A stretch of 64,000 nt of DNA, taken from Planctomycetota bacterium. Lineage in GTDB: Bacteria; Planctomycetota; UBA1135; UBA2386. The translations under genes and the position numbers were made by a program. The DNA lies in NCBI GenBank assembly GCA_965228735.1, contig OZ245838.1:3008001-3072000 (forward strand), given 5' to 3'. The notes below the pieces were generated by a model. It did no database searches, was not told the origin of the DNA, and saw only the letters and a list, made by a program, of their open reading frames with translations. Position 1 is the stretch's first letter; each line of letters begins with the position of its first letter. Shown here one piece after another: positions 9,043-18,059 of the stretch.

Positions 9043-11451
9043 TCAGCGCGGCGCGGCAACGTCCAGTCCCGTGACGCGCATCCCGGCGAAGTAATAGGGC
9101 TCCGCCCGGCCGGGCGCGCGGGCAACGGCACGCCGGGCCTCGAACATCGCCGCGCTGAACGTCTGCCCTTCGCTCCACCGCTGCAGTGCGCCAGCGAGCA
9201 GGTCGCGCGTCGCGCCGACCGACAGATCACCATGCGCGAGCGCCACACAGTCGGCGCCGGCGAGCAGGAACGCGCCGCCCAGATGGTTCACCCCACCGTC
9301 ACCGAGCCGGGACGGGCCCGCTGCTGCGCCGCAGACGCCGAGCATGACGAGCGGTGGCGCTGCAAGACTCTCGACACCATCGGGGAAGACGGGCTCCGCG
9401 CCAGCGAGCAGCACGCCGGCCGGTCGCTCGCGACGATAGTCGTAGACCCCGTGCGAGAACACGCAGAGGGCGCGCGCCGCAGCCGTCTCGCGATCGCGCA
9501 GAGCCGCCGGCGTCGCCCGCGCGCCCCAGAGCGCGCGCACACGATCCGCAGCGAACGGTGCCGTGAACCGCGACCGCCGCGCCGCCGACATGCCGATCGG
9601 TTCGACACCCCAGCGCGCAGCGGTCTCGACGTCGAACTCGGGATCCCCCACGACCGTCAGGTCCTTGCCATGGGCCGGCGCGCCCTTGGCGGCGCGGGCT
9701 TCACGGCGGAGCCGGAGCGCCTGCCCGACGGCGACCGACGGCAGGAAGCGCATCGGTGTCTGCAGGCACCACCAGCCGTCGCTCCACGGCAGCAGCTGGA
9801 ACGTGCGGCTCGACAGCTCCGGGCCGACGAGCACGACCTCGCGCCAGCCCGCGACCCGCTCGCGCACCGCCGGCGGCAGCAGATAACCCGCCACCCGCGT
9901 CGCGATCTCACGCACCGGCACCCCCGACGGGCGGCGGTCGAGACTGTCGCGCAGCGCGTAGGCATCGGGCCAGAACGCCCGCCCGAGCGGCAGCGTGTGA
10001 TGCTCCCCGCCGTTCTCGTCGATCAGGAGCAGCGACGCGGACCACGGGCTGAACACGAACATCAGCAGGCCGCCGCCGCTGGGGACCAGGCTGCGCGCGA
10101 CGTCCAGGCCGACCGGCGCGCCATCCGCGACGAGCCGGCGGGACAGGGTGCCGAGCGCGAACGCCGCCTCCATGTGGCCGAACGCGGCCGCGATCCCGCC
10201 ATCCCCTCCGGCCGTCGCCCGATCGAGCTCGAGCAACGTGCCGAGCAACACCCGCTGGTTGCCGTACTGCAACGCCCCTCCGCCGCCATGGCGCACCGGC
10301 CGCCGCCGCCAGGACTCGAGCCAGTCCCGGGTCGCCCGTTCGAGGTCACGATGCAGGGCGCGCAACTCGGCGCGCGGCCGTGCCGCGGCGAGCGCGGTAC
10401 GCGCGCGCAGGGCCAGGATCTCGGCGTCGGTCCTGGTCGGCTCCGTCGATTCGCCGAACAACTCGTCGAGCATCCGCTCCGCGCGCTCCGGATCGCCGAG
10501 CTCGAGACAGATCTCGACCGCGATGATGCCGGCGCGCAAGGCACTGCCACCGAGCAAGCGGACGCGCAACTTCAACAGGTCGTCTAGCACACTCGAGAGC
10601 GCCACGGCGTCGGCCGCGAGCTGATAGCGCGCGAGCAGCAAGCGATACTCGAGATCGGTGCGCTGCGACTCGTTCAGCCCGGCGAACGCAGAATCGGCGA
10701 GCGCGCCCCGAGCTCGCTTCTGCACGCGATCCGTTCGCCCGAGCGCGAGCTGGACATCGAGCTCGAGCACGAGCACGTAGTAGCGCCACCCCAGATCGTC
10801 CTTCACGAGCTCGGCGAGGGCTTCGAGGTCCCCGAACGCGCGGTCCGGCAGCCCGAGATCGAGATGGCAGCGAATCCGTTCGGTTCGCAGCTGCTGCCAC
10901 ATGTAGCGCGTCAGCGCGCCCCTCGAGCCCGCCTGCACCAGGCCCTCGTCCGCGGCCGCGAGCAGCTCGAGCCCTTCCCATGGTCGTTCTTCGAGCCGAA
11001 CGACGCTCGCCTGGTAGACCCGGGCGAGCGGGTGATACTGCTCGACCGGACTCGCGAGCACCGCCCGACAGCTCGCGCGCGCGACGTCGTAGGGCGCCTT
11101 TCGCAGGTCGGCGTCGATCTTGCCGATATGCGCCCGCACGGCGGCCACGGCCTCGGCCGACGGCTGCTGCGCTTCGGGCCCGACCGATGGTTGCTCGGTC
11201 TCGGCGCTCGCCGATGGCTTCGGCGCGGCCTCGACCGGCTCACCCCGATCGAACGCGCCGAGGATCGCAGCGCCCCAGATGCCCGCGCCGAGGACGACGG
11301 CGGCGGCGAACAGAACGCCGGCTCGGCCCGAAACGGACCGCCTCAGAAGAGCGGGTGACTCGCGACGAAGGTCTCGTTCCGGACGAACGCCGTCACCTGC
11401 CAGATCGCCGTCTGCGGCAGGCCGTCCAGTACGGCTTGGGTCAGTCGCCAT
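9043..11451 (-). CDS. CHAT-domain (caspase-like) protease with N-terminal TM anchor and TPR-like helical region
   Basis: Catalytic His 'VFSHGV' and Cys 'LVMLGVCGAA', followed by 'LGGAFLLAGADCV' and the C-terminal 'PYYFAGMRVTG'. N-terminal hydrophobic segment 'AGVLFAAAVVLGAGIWGAAIL'. Start uncertain: ATG 11451 overlaps the upstream gene by about 110 nt. Confidence 0.8.
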   Translation of the reverse strand: MATDPSRTGRPAADGDLAGDGVRPERDLRRESPALLRRSVSGRAGVLFAAAVVLGAGIWGAAILGAFDRGEPVEAAPKPSASAETEQPSVGPEAQQPSAEAVAAVRAHIGKIDADLRKAPYDVARASCRAVLASPVEQYHPLARVYQASVVRLEERPWEGLELLAAADEGLVQAGSRGALTRYMWQQLRTERIRCHLDLGLPDRAFGDLEALAELVKDDLGWRYYVLVLELDVQLALGRTDRVQKRARGALADSAFAGLNESQRTDLEYRLLLARYQLAADAVALSSVLDDLLKLRVRLLGGSALRAGIIAVEICLELGDPERAERMLDELFGESTEPTRTDAEILALRARTALAAARPRAELRALHRDLERATRDWLESWRRRPVRHGGGGALQYGNQRVLLGTLLELDRATAGGDGGIAAAFGHMEAAFALGTLSRRLVADGAPVGLDVARSLVPSGGGLLMFVFSPWSASLLLIDENGGEHHTLPLGRAFWPDAYALRDSLDRRPSGVPVREIATRVAGYLLPPAVRERVAGWREVVLVGPELSSRTFQLLPWSDGWWCLQTPMRFLPSVAVGQALRLRREARAAKGAPAHGKDLTVVGDPEFDVETAARWGVEPIGMSAARRSRFTAPFAADRVRALWGARATPAALRDRETAAARALCVFSHGVYDYRRERPAGVLLAGAEPVFPDGVESLAAPPLVMLGVCGAAAGPSRLGDGGVNHLGGAFLLAGADCVALAHGDLSVGATRDLLAGALQRWSEGQTFSAAMFEARRAVARAPGRAEPYYFAGMRVTGLDVAAPR

Positions 11452-12128
11452 TCGGTTGCTTGGATCGCGGACTTCTCGAACCGCGGGGTCGCGGTCGTGT
11501 CCGCGCTGGCGAACACGGCGAGAGTGTAGTCCGTCCCGGGTGGAATGCCGCCCCCGGGCAACTCGAGCGTCCACGAGAGGAGCAGCTCGGCACCATCCGC
11601 CTGGACCCGCAGCACGAGTTCTTCGTCACCGAGGGTCTGGTTATCGTCGTTCGTCGGTTGCGCGGGCCCGGAGAAGACGCCGACCGCCCACAGCAGCAGG
11701 ACAGCGGCGGCCGCCGCGCCCGCGAACATGCCGATGCGCGCCGGGCCGCGCCGCAGCGTCGCGGCCGTCGGTTCCTGGGTCCCGGATCCGCGCACCTCGG
11801 GTTCATCCGCACCGCCCGGCAGCGGCCGAACGGCACCGGTGTCGCCGCCACCGAGGGCGAGCTGCCGCAGGGTCCTCGCAACCGTCGACTCCTCGGCCGA
11901 GCTCGTCGCCATGGCCTCGGCCTCGGCGAGCAGTTCGCGCTCGCGTTCGGCATCGGTCGCCAGCTGACCCTGCACGTCCTGCAATTCGGTGAGCGCCGCC
12001 GCGAACGCGGGGTTCTGCGCGGCCGCGGCCGCAACGTCGGGATCGTCACCCGCACGCTCGCCGGTCACGACGGCCGCGAGCAGCTGCTCCTCGCGATCGG
12101 ACAGTGGTGTTCGTGGTGTTCCGGTCAT
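11343..12128 (-). CDS. Putative single-pass anti-sigma factor
   Basis: ATGA-coupled directly downstream of an ECF sigma. It has an N-terminal helical domain (MTGTPRTPLSDREEQLL...), a TM 'IGMFAGAAAAAVLLLWAVGVF' and a C-terminal beta-rich domain. Confidence 0.6.
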   Translation of the reverse strand: MTGTPRTPLSDREEQLLAAVVTGERAGDDPDVAAAAAQNPAFAAALTELQDVQGQLATDAERERELLAEAEAMATSSAEESTVARTLRQLALGGGDTGAVRPLPGGADEPEVRGSGTQEPTAATLRRGPARIGMFAGAAAAAVLLLWAVGVFSGPAQPTNDDNQTLGDEELVLRVQADGAELLLSWTLELPGGGIPPGTDYTLAVFASADTTATPRFEKSAIQATEWRLTQAVLDGLPQTAIWQVTAFVRNETFVASHPLF

Positions 12129-12724
12129 TCTCCGTCCTCCTCCCTGGACCGGTAGAAACGGCGCAACGAGTCGAGTCCGCGGTAGTACCGCGATTTGACA
12201 GTGTTCGGAGACAGCAGAAGTTGCGCAGCAATCTCGAGAAAAGTGAGGCCCTGGTAGTGCTTCTTCCGGATGACCTGCGCTTCCCCCGGTGGCAACGCGT
12301 CGATCCCCTGTTGCAGCCGCTCGGAGTCGGCGTCGAACTCCGGCGCGGGCGCGGCCAGCTCGGCGACGTCGTCGAGGGAGACGCCGGTCCGCGACCCGGA
12401 GCCGACGCGGCGCAACGCGTTGCGCATCTGGAAGTCGCAGATGCGGAACACCCACGTCTCGAGCGCGGCATCACCGCGATAGTCCGCGAGCCGGCGCCAG
12501 ACGACGGCGAGCACATCCTGCACGATGTCGTCGAGGATCTCGGGCGCGAGGCTCTGACGACGACGGGCCGCGAGGCACTTCACGAACCGTGGGACGCAGT
12601 GCATCCGCTCGATGAACTGGTCGAGCGCGTCGGGCTGGCGGGCCAGAACATCGGCCACGAGCGCGAGATCCGCCGTGGCCGGTGACCGCTCGCCGTCGCC
12701 CGCCTCAGCTCCGGACGCACCCAT
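12125..12724 (-). CDS. ECF RNA polymerase sigma factor
   Basis: 'DDIVQDVLAVVWRRLADYRGDAALETWVFRI' (region 2) and 'ALPPGEAQVIRKKHYQGLTFLEIAAQLLLSPNTVKSRYYRG' (region 4). Start uncertain. Confidence 0.9.
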   Translation of the reverse strand: MGASGAEAGDGERSPATADLALVADVLARQPDALDQFIERMHCVPRFVKCLAARRRQSLAPEILDDIVQDVLAVVWRRLADYRGDAALETWVFRICDFQMRNALRRVGSGSRTGVSLDDVAELAAPAPEFDADSERLQQGIDALPPGEAQVIRKKHYQGLTFLEIAAQLLLSPNTVKSRYYRGLDSLRRFYRSREEDGE

Positions 12725-12805
12725 GCAGCGACCCGCATTCGGGAAAAAGTGGGCGATCGGGCGAGCGGCGCCGGGCGGCAAACATGGCCACCCAGCATAG
12801 CGCCG

Positions 12806-12826
12806 CGGTGGCCATGAGGGCCACCG
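12806..12826 (-). terminator. GC hairpin, possible terminator
   Basis: CGGTGGCC-atgag-GGCCACCG, a perfect 8-bp stem just after the stop at 12836. No U-tract. Confidence 0.35.
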
Positions 12827-12835
12827 GGTCCCGGA

Positions 12836-14026
12836 CTACTGCTTCATGAACCGCTCGAGGTCGGCCACGTAGTGGTCGTCCTCATGGAGTGCTATGGCCT
12901 TCTTCGCCGCCTTCACCGCCTTCTCGGTCTGGCCGTTGAGGTGCTGGCACCAGGCGACCGTGTTCCAACAATAGGCCTCGTACTTCGCGAGCTTCTCGGC
13001 GTCGTCGCCGCCTTCCGCTTTCTGGTCCGCGACCTTCTTCTGCATCTTCGTGAGCGCGCTCTCGGCGAGCTGCAGCGCGAACTTCTTCTCCTTGCTCGTG
13101 CGCTCGTCGCCGTTCTCGACGATCCAGCGCGCGACGCCATTCGACCAGTCGACGACCTTGTCGTCCGGGCAGGTCTTCCACGCCGAGTGGAACGCGGCGA
13201 ACGCGGCCTGGTCGTCCTCGCGCTTCAGCTCCATGTTGCCGATCTGCACCCAGGCCTCGTGCCTGGCCTCGGCCGGCTTGACGAGTCGAACGTGCGCGTA
13301 GAGCGGCTCGAGGTCCCACTTGCGGATGCGTTCGGCGCGCTGCGCGTCCGTCTCCTGCATCCCGTCGCCATCCTGGCCGTCGCCGTCGCCGTCGCCGCCG
13401 CCGACGATCTCCCGAATGACGTCCTGCATGCGAACGCGCGCGCCGACGACCGTCTTGCCCTTGCTGTCGATCGTCCGGATCGACTCCATGAGTTCGTCGT
13501 GGCGATCGTCGTTGCCGAGCGCCTGGACCTTGCCCGCGAGGGCCCAGCGCGCCTCGATGTCCTCGGTGCTGCCGTCCTCGTGCTGCTCGATCTGCCGCCG
13601 CAGACCGCGCACGGTGCCCTCGCCCCTCCGGATGCGCCGGAGTTCCGCGTCGAAGTCGGCCACGGGGATGAACCCCTGGATCAGATCGTCGGCCTGACCG
13701 TCGGGCGTCAGGAACAGGATCGTCGGCAGCGTCCGAACGCCGTACTTCTCGAACACGTCCTGCACGCCGTCACCGCCGTGCTTGGCGCTGTAGCACACGA
13801 ACTCGCGCATCGCGCCGGCGGCCTCGTCCGTGCTCAGCGTCTCCTGCCAGAGCTTGCCGCAGTAGTCGCTGCCGTCGGCCCAGCAGTAGACCAGGATCGG
13901 GCGGTCGGACGCCGCCGCGCGCTCGGTCGCATCAGCGAGCGAGTAGACCCAGTCGACGGGCCGGGGCGGCGTCAGCGGCAACGCGGCGGCGAGCAGGAGA
14001 ACGGAGACGAACGGAGTCGGGGTCAT
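12836..14026 (-). CDS. Secreted thioredoxin-like (Thioredoxin_7/SoxW-type, SxxC) + TPR-like protein, paralog A
   Basis: Signal peptide; 'VDWVYSLADATERAAASDRPILVYCWADGSDYCGKLW...YGVRTLPTILFLTPDG'; helical TPR-like C-terminus. Confidence 0.8.
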   Translation of the reverse strand: MTPTPFVSVLLLAAALPLTPPRPVDWVYSLADATERAAASDRPILVYCWADGSDYCGKLWQETLSTDEAAGAMREFVCYSAKHGGDGVQDVFEKYGVRTLPTILFLTPDGQADDLIQGFIPVADFDAELRRIRRGEGTVRGLRRQIEQHEDGSTEDIEARWALAGKVQALGNDDRHDELMESIRTIDSKGKTVVGARVRMQDVIREIVGGGDGDGDGQDGDGMQETDAQRAERIRKWDLEPLYAHVRLVKPAEARHEAWVQIGNMELKREDDQAAFAAFHSAWKTCPDDKVVDWSNGVARWIVENGDERTSKEKKFALQLAESALTKMQKKVADQKAEGGDDAEKLAKYEAYCWNTVAWCQHLNGQTEKAVKAAKKAIALHEDDHYVADLERFMKQ

Positions 14027-14087
14027 CGCTTGGACTTTCTCGGTTGGGAGTGGTGAGGTCGCGCGGCGTCGCGCGATACGTCCTCCG

Positions 14088-14117
14088 AGTTGCCGCGCGA
14101 TCCGCATCGGACTCACG
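14088..14117 (-). promoter_or_regulatory. Candidate ECF promoter, copy 2 (CGTGAGTCC-N13-CGGCAACT)
   Basis: Intergenic, oriented toward thioredoxin paralog A. Confidence 0.65.
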
Positions 14118-14155
14118 CCGATCCACGGCCGGGAAACGAACCCGACCCGCCCGTG

Positions 14156-16684
14156 TCACAACGTGACCCGACCACCCCCGGCCGGCACCGCCGCGCGCCG
14201 CACGATCGCGCCGTCGCGATAGCCCACGACCTGGACGGCCGTCGCCGGCAGCCGGAACGCCTCCGTCCGACCACCGAGGATCGGCACCCGATCCGTGCGC
14301 TGATTCTCGTTCCCGCGCGGGATGTCCACGACGAGCGCCCGCCCCGCGGCGTCGATGACCGCGACGAGCTCGACCGCGCCCGGCTCGACCACTTCGACGA
14401 CGAGCGTGTGCTCGCGCACCAACTGCACCTCGAGACCGCCTGCGATCGCCGCCTCGAGTTCGATCGTGCGGCCGACGTAGCCCGCGCGGTGCAGGCGCAG
14501 ACGCAGATCGCCGACCGGCACGTCGTAGAGGAAGAACTCGCCGTCCGGCCCGGTCACCATCGCGCCGCGGCGGTAGGACTGCCGGAACACCGGGTGGCCG
14601 GCGGCGCTGACCTCGCAGATCGAGAGGTCGATCGTGACGCCGACGCGCGCGAGCGGCCGACCGAGCTCGTCGACGACGCGGCCCCGGAGGCGTTCGTGCA
14701 CCGCGCTGCCGAGCTGCAACGTGACGTGGTCCGCGCCGGCTGCGATGGTCTGCGGGTCGGAGCGCAGCAACGTCTTCTCCTGCCCGGCGCGCACGACATA
14801 GTCGCGGGCGTCGAGCCCCGTGATCTCGAATGCGCCGTCCGCGCCCGTGATGGCAGGCCGCAGCGGCACGCCCCGGTCGCCGAGCAGGTCCTCGACGAAC
14901 TCCGGATGGCGCGCGTTCGGCGACCGACCGTTCGCCGACCGGGAGCGCTCGCCGATGCGACCGAGCGCGGTCTGGAGGCACGTCCGCTCGGCGAACGAGA
15001 ACGGCGTGGGATCCGTGATCCACACGCAGGCATTCCGCACCGGTCGCCCGCGACCGTCGACGACCTGACCGCGGATCGCGCGCGGCCGGTCACCGAGCTG
15101 CAGAACGAGTTCGCCGCGCTCGCGATCGAGGGCCGCCGACCGCGCGATCGACGCGGGCAGCCGCTCGGGCGCGACCGCGATGACGCGGTCGCCGACCGCC
15201 GTCCTCGGCAACCAGAAGCTGCCGGCGTGATCGGTCCGCGTCACGGCGTCGCCGCACGCCACGCGCACGTCACGCGCAGCCGAACCGTCGTGGTCGAGCA
15301 CGGTGCCGACGATCGCGCCGCGCGGCGCTGGTTCCCTGGACAGAACGACCTCGCACGTGGCCGCGGCCGGCAGCGCGGACCGCTCGATGCCGAAGCCCTC
15401 GCGGCGCACGACGAGCTGCGCGCCGGCGATCGCCGGGATCGCAGCGAGATCGAACCGGCCGTCCGCGCCGGTCGTCACCGCGAACGACTCGGTGCGGGCC
15501 GCCGCCACGCGCGCGCCGAACCGCGCGCGGAGTTCGGCGGGCAGCTCGATCGCCACCTCGGCGAGCGCGAGCGGCCGGTGGTTCATATCGACGATGCGCC
15601 CCGCGAGTCGCCGCCGCGGCGCAACGACGACACAGAGATCCGACCGCACCGCCGCCGTGCCCGCGACGGCTGCCAGGACCGTGACGACGTTCTCCGACAA
15701 CGCCGTCACGAAACCGCTGCCCGACGCCGCGAGCTCGAACGCCCCATCGGTGCCCGTCAACGCGATCTTCGTGCCGCGACCACGATCGCGTTCGGGCTCG
15801 AACCGCAGGACGAGGCCGGGCGCCGGCGCACCGTCGACCGACAACGCCACGCCAGCGAGCGCCCGTTCGGGCATCTTGACCGCGCCCCAGTCGATGCCGG
15901 CGTCCGACTGCACCCCGGCCGGAGTGCGATCCGGCATCGCCGGCGCCGGATCCTCGCCCGCCGTGCCCGCGGCGGCGGTCCGGGTCGGCGGCGGCGGCAC
16001 CGGCGTCGGCTCGGCGCTCCGCCACACACCCGTCGACCACAGCGCCAGCGCCGATACGGCAACGGCAGTCACGGCAGCAGTGACGATCGCGACACCAGCC
16101 ACGCTGCTCGACGGCACCACGCGATCGCCCTCGAGCCCGGGCACCAACGTGACGAGCGGCAACAGCGCCTGCCGTCGTTCCGCCGCGCCGCCGTAGCGAT
16201 CGTCGAGCTGACCGCGGAGCTGCTCGAGCCCGCGCTGCAGCCGGGTCTTCACCGTCGCGATCGGCATGGCCAGGGTGCGCGCGATCACGGTCGGCGACTC
16301 GTCGAGAAAGTAGCGCCGCAGCAGCACGAGGCGGTAGTGCTCCGGCATCCCCATCACGGCGTTGACGACCGCGCGATGGGCGTCGACGCGCTCCACGAGC
16401 TCCGCGCTGCTCGGCTCCTCCTCGGGGCGGATGGCCGCGGCCTCACGGCAGGTGCGGCGCTCGTCGCGACGAACGCGCTCCCACAACACGTTCCGCAGGA
16501 CCCGCGACAGCCAGGCGCGCGGCGAACGGATCTCGACGGGATCCGCCTCGAGTGCCGCCAGCATCGTCTCCTGCGCCAGATCGTCGGCGTCATCGGGATC
16601 GCGCACGAGCTGCGCCGCGAGCGCCCGCACCCAGTTCGTGTGTTCGAGCAGGGTGTCGAGCGCGAGTTCGGGAGAACGGGCCAT
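14156..16684 (-). CDS. ECF sigma factor fused to a TM helix and carboxypeptidase-regulatory-like repeats (paralog of 2887-5553)
   Basis: 'LLEHTNWVRALAAQLVRDPDDADDLAQETMLAAL...AWLSRVLRN' and 'MPEHYRLVLLRRYF...IARTLAMPIATVKTRLQRG'; TM 'VAIVTAAVTAVAVSALALW'. Confidence 0.85.
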   Translation of the reverse strand: MARSPELALDTLLEHTNWVRALAAQLVRDPDDADDLAQETMLAALEADPVEIRSPRAWLSRVLRNVLWERVRRDERRTCREAAAIRPEEEPSSAELVERVDAHRAVVNAVMGMPEHYRLVLLRRYFLDESPTVIARTLAMPIATVKTRLQRGLEQLRGQLDDRYGGAAERRQALLPLVTLVPGLEGDRVVPSSSVAGVAIVTAAVTAVAVSALALWSTGVWRSAEPTPVPPPPTRTAAAGTAGEDPAPAMPDRTPAGVQSDAGIDWGAVKMPERALAGVALSVDGAPAPGLVLRFEPERDRGRGTKIALTGTDGAFELAASGSGFVTALSENVVTVLAAVAGTAAVRSDLCVVVAPRRRLAGRIVDMNHRPLALAEVAIELPAELRARFGARVAAARTESFAVTTGADGRFDLAAIPAIAGAQLVVRREGFGIERSALPAAATCEVVLSREPAPRGAIVGTVLDHDGSAARDVRVACGDAVTRTDHAGSFWLPRTAVGDRVIAVAPERLPASIARSAALDRERGELVLQLGDRPRAIRGQVVDGRGRPVRNACVWITDPTPFSFAERTCLQTALGRIGERSRSANGRSPNARHPEFVEDLLGDRGVPLRPAITGADGAFEITGLDARDYVVRAGQEKTLLRSDPQTIAAGADHVTLQLGSAVHERLRGRVVDELGRPLARVGVTIDLSICEVSAAGHPVFRQSYRRGAMVTGPDGEFFLYDVPVGDLRLRLHRAGYVGRTIELEAAIAGGLEVQLVREHTLVVEVVEPGAVELVAVIDAAGRALVVDIPRGNENQRTDRVPILGGRTEAFRLPATAVQVVGYRDGAIVRRAAVPAGGGRVTL

Positions 16685-16696
16685 GGGTATCCGGCG

Positions 16697-16726
16697 GGTC
16701 GCCGCCGCCGCGCCACGGGACTCGCG
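16697..16726 (-). promoter_or_regulatory. Candidate ECF promoter, copy 3 (CGCGAGTCC-N13-CGGCGACC)
   Basis: Ends 12 nt upstream of the ATG of the second sigma fusion. Confidence 0.6.
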
Positions 16727-16747
16727 AACCGGTATTCTTGCAGAACT

Positions 16748-16777
16748 CGTGAGTCCGTCGCCGCTCCGGCGACGACT
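16748..16777 (+). promoter_or_regulatory. Candidate ECF promoter, copy 4 (CGTGAGTCC-N13-CGACGACT)
   Basis: Back-to-back with copy 3 and oriented toward thioredoxin paralog B. Confidence 0.6.
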
Positions 16778-16886
16778 CTCCTGGGTGGCGGTTCCCGTCC
16801 CACCCGCCACGAGACCCCTCCGACCACGCTCCGCCAGGTCCTCCCGCATGCCCAACCACGGCCCACGATCTCTCGTATCTTGCTGC

Positions 16887-18053
16887 ATGCAAGGTGTTTA
16901 CGCGATCATTGGCGCGATCGTCCTGGCCGCCCCGGTGACGGCCGGCCAACAGGCACCGGACGCTGACGGGTCCGCCGGCGCCGCGGGCGCGACGATCGAA
17001 TGGCAGAGCGGCGAACTGACCAAGAGCCTCGCCCGCGCCGAACTCGCGGGGCAGCCGCTGCTGCTCTACTTCTGGATGGATGGCAGCCAGCACTGCCAGA
17101 ACCTCTGGGGCCAGACCCTGACCCAGCCCGCGGCGGTGACCGCGCTCCAGCAGTTCGTGTGCCACAGCGCCGACGTCGCGACGCCGGCCGGCAGCAAGCT
17201 CGTGCAACGGTTCGGCATCAAGACGCTGCCGAGTCTGCTCGTCGTCACGGCGAACGGCGCGGTCGATGACGCGATGCTCGGCTTCGTGCCGCTGGCCGCG
17301 TTCTTGAGCGAGGCGCAGCGCATCACGAACGGCACGGGCACCGTCACCGCGCTGCGGGCCGCCGTCGACGCCGCACCCGACGATCTCGACCGCCGCTTCG
17401 CGCTCGGCCAGAAGCTCGAGTTCGTCGGCGACGAGGCGGCCGGCGACGCGATGTTCCAGTCGATTCGCGCGGCCGACCCCGAGGGCCGCACGACACCGGG
17501 CGCCGAACTGCTGTTGTTCGACATCCGCAATCAGATCCTCGACCGCGCGTCGGATCGGAACGACCCGGCGACGTGGGACCTCGCGCCGCTCTACCGTCGA
17601 CTGCGGCAGACGAAGCAACCAACGGTGCTGTGGAAGGGCTGGAGCTTCCTCTCGCGGATCGAAGGCGAACGCGGCGCGCCGCGCGAACAGGTCGCGGCCT
17701 ACGCCGCGGCGTGGCCGCACGCGCCCGCGGTCGAACGCGACGAATGGGGCTCGAACGTCGTCGAGAACCTCTGGAGCCGCCGCGACACGGTGCGCGCCGC
17801 CGGTCGCAAGCTGGCGCGCGAGATCGCGCGCACGCTCGCCGCACACGCGGACGCGCCGGCCGCTGATCCGGCGGGCAACGGCAGAAAGCCGCCCACGGCC
17901 GAGCAACGCGCGTTTTTCCTCGCGTCCGCGGCGCGCGGCATGGCCCTCGGCGGGCGGCGACGGGCCGCCCTCGACCTCGTCGCCAAAGCTCGCGAACTCA
18001 CGCCCGACGACGCGGCCCTCGAACAGCTGCAGCAGCAGATCGAGCGCCGCTGA
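16887..18053 (+). CDS. Secreted thioredoxin-like (SxxC) + TPR-like protein, paralog B
   Basis: Signal peptide; 'IEWQSGELTKSLARAELAGQPLLLYFWMDGSQHCQNLW...FGIKTLPSLLVVTANG'. Aligns by eye with 12836-14026 (WDL.PLY, G.GTV..LR). Confidence 0.8.
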   Translation: MQGVYAIIGAIVLAAPVTAGQQAPDADGSAGAAGATIEWQSGELTKSLARAELAGQPLLLYFWMDGSQHCQNLWGQTLTQPAAVTALQQFVCHSADVATPAGSKLVQRFGIKTLPSLLVVTANGAVDDAMLGFVPLAAFLSEAQRITNGTGTVTALRAAVDAAPDDLDRRFALGQKLEFVGDEAAGDAMFQSIRAADPEGRTTPGAELLLFDIRNQILDRASDRNDPATWDLAPLYRRLRQTKQPTVLWKGWSFLSRIEGERGAPREQVAAYAAAWPHAPAVERDEWGSNVVENLWSRRDTVRAAGRKLAREIARTLAAHADAPAADPAGNGRKPPTAEQRAFFLASAARGMALGGRRRAALDLVAKARELTPDDAALEQLQQQIERR

Positions 18054-18059
18054 CCGCCG

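Noticed and set aside
9043..12724. Type III-E CRISPR (Craspase) locus
   Set aside because: A CHAT protease and a sigma factor are present, but no Cas7-11, other cas genes or array.
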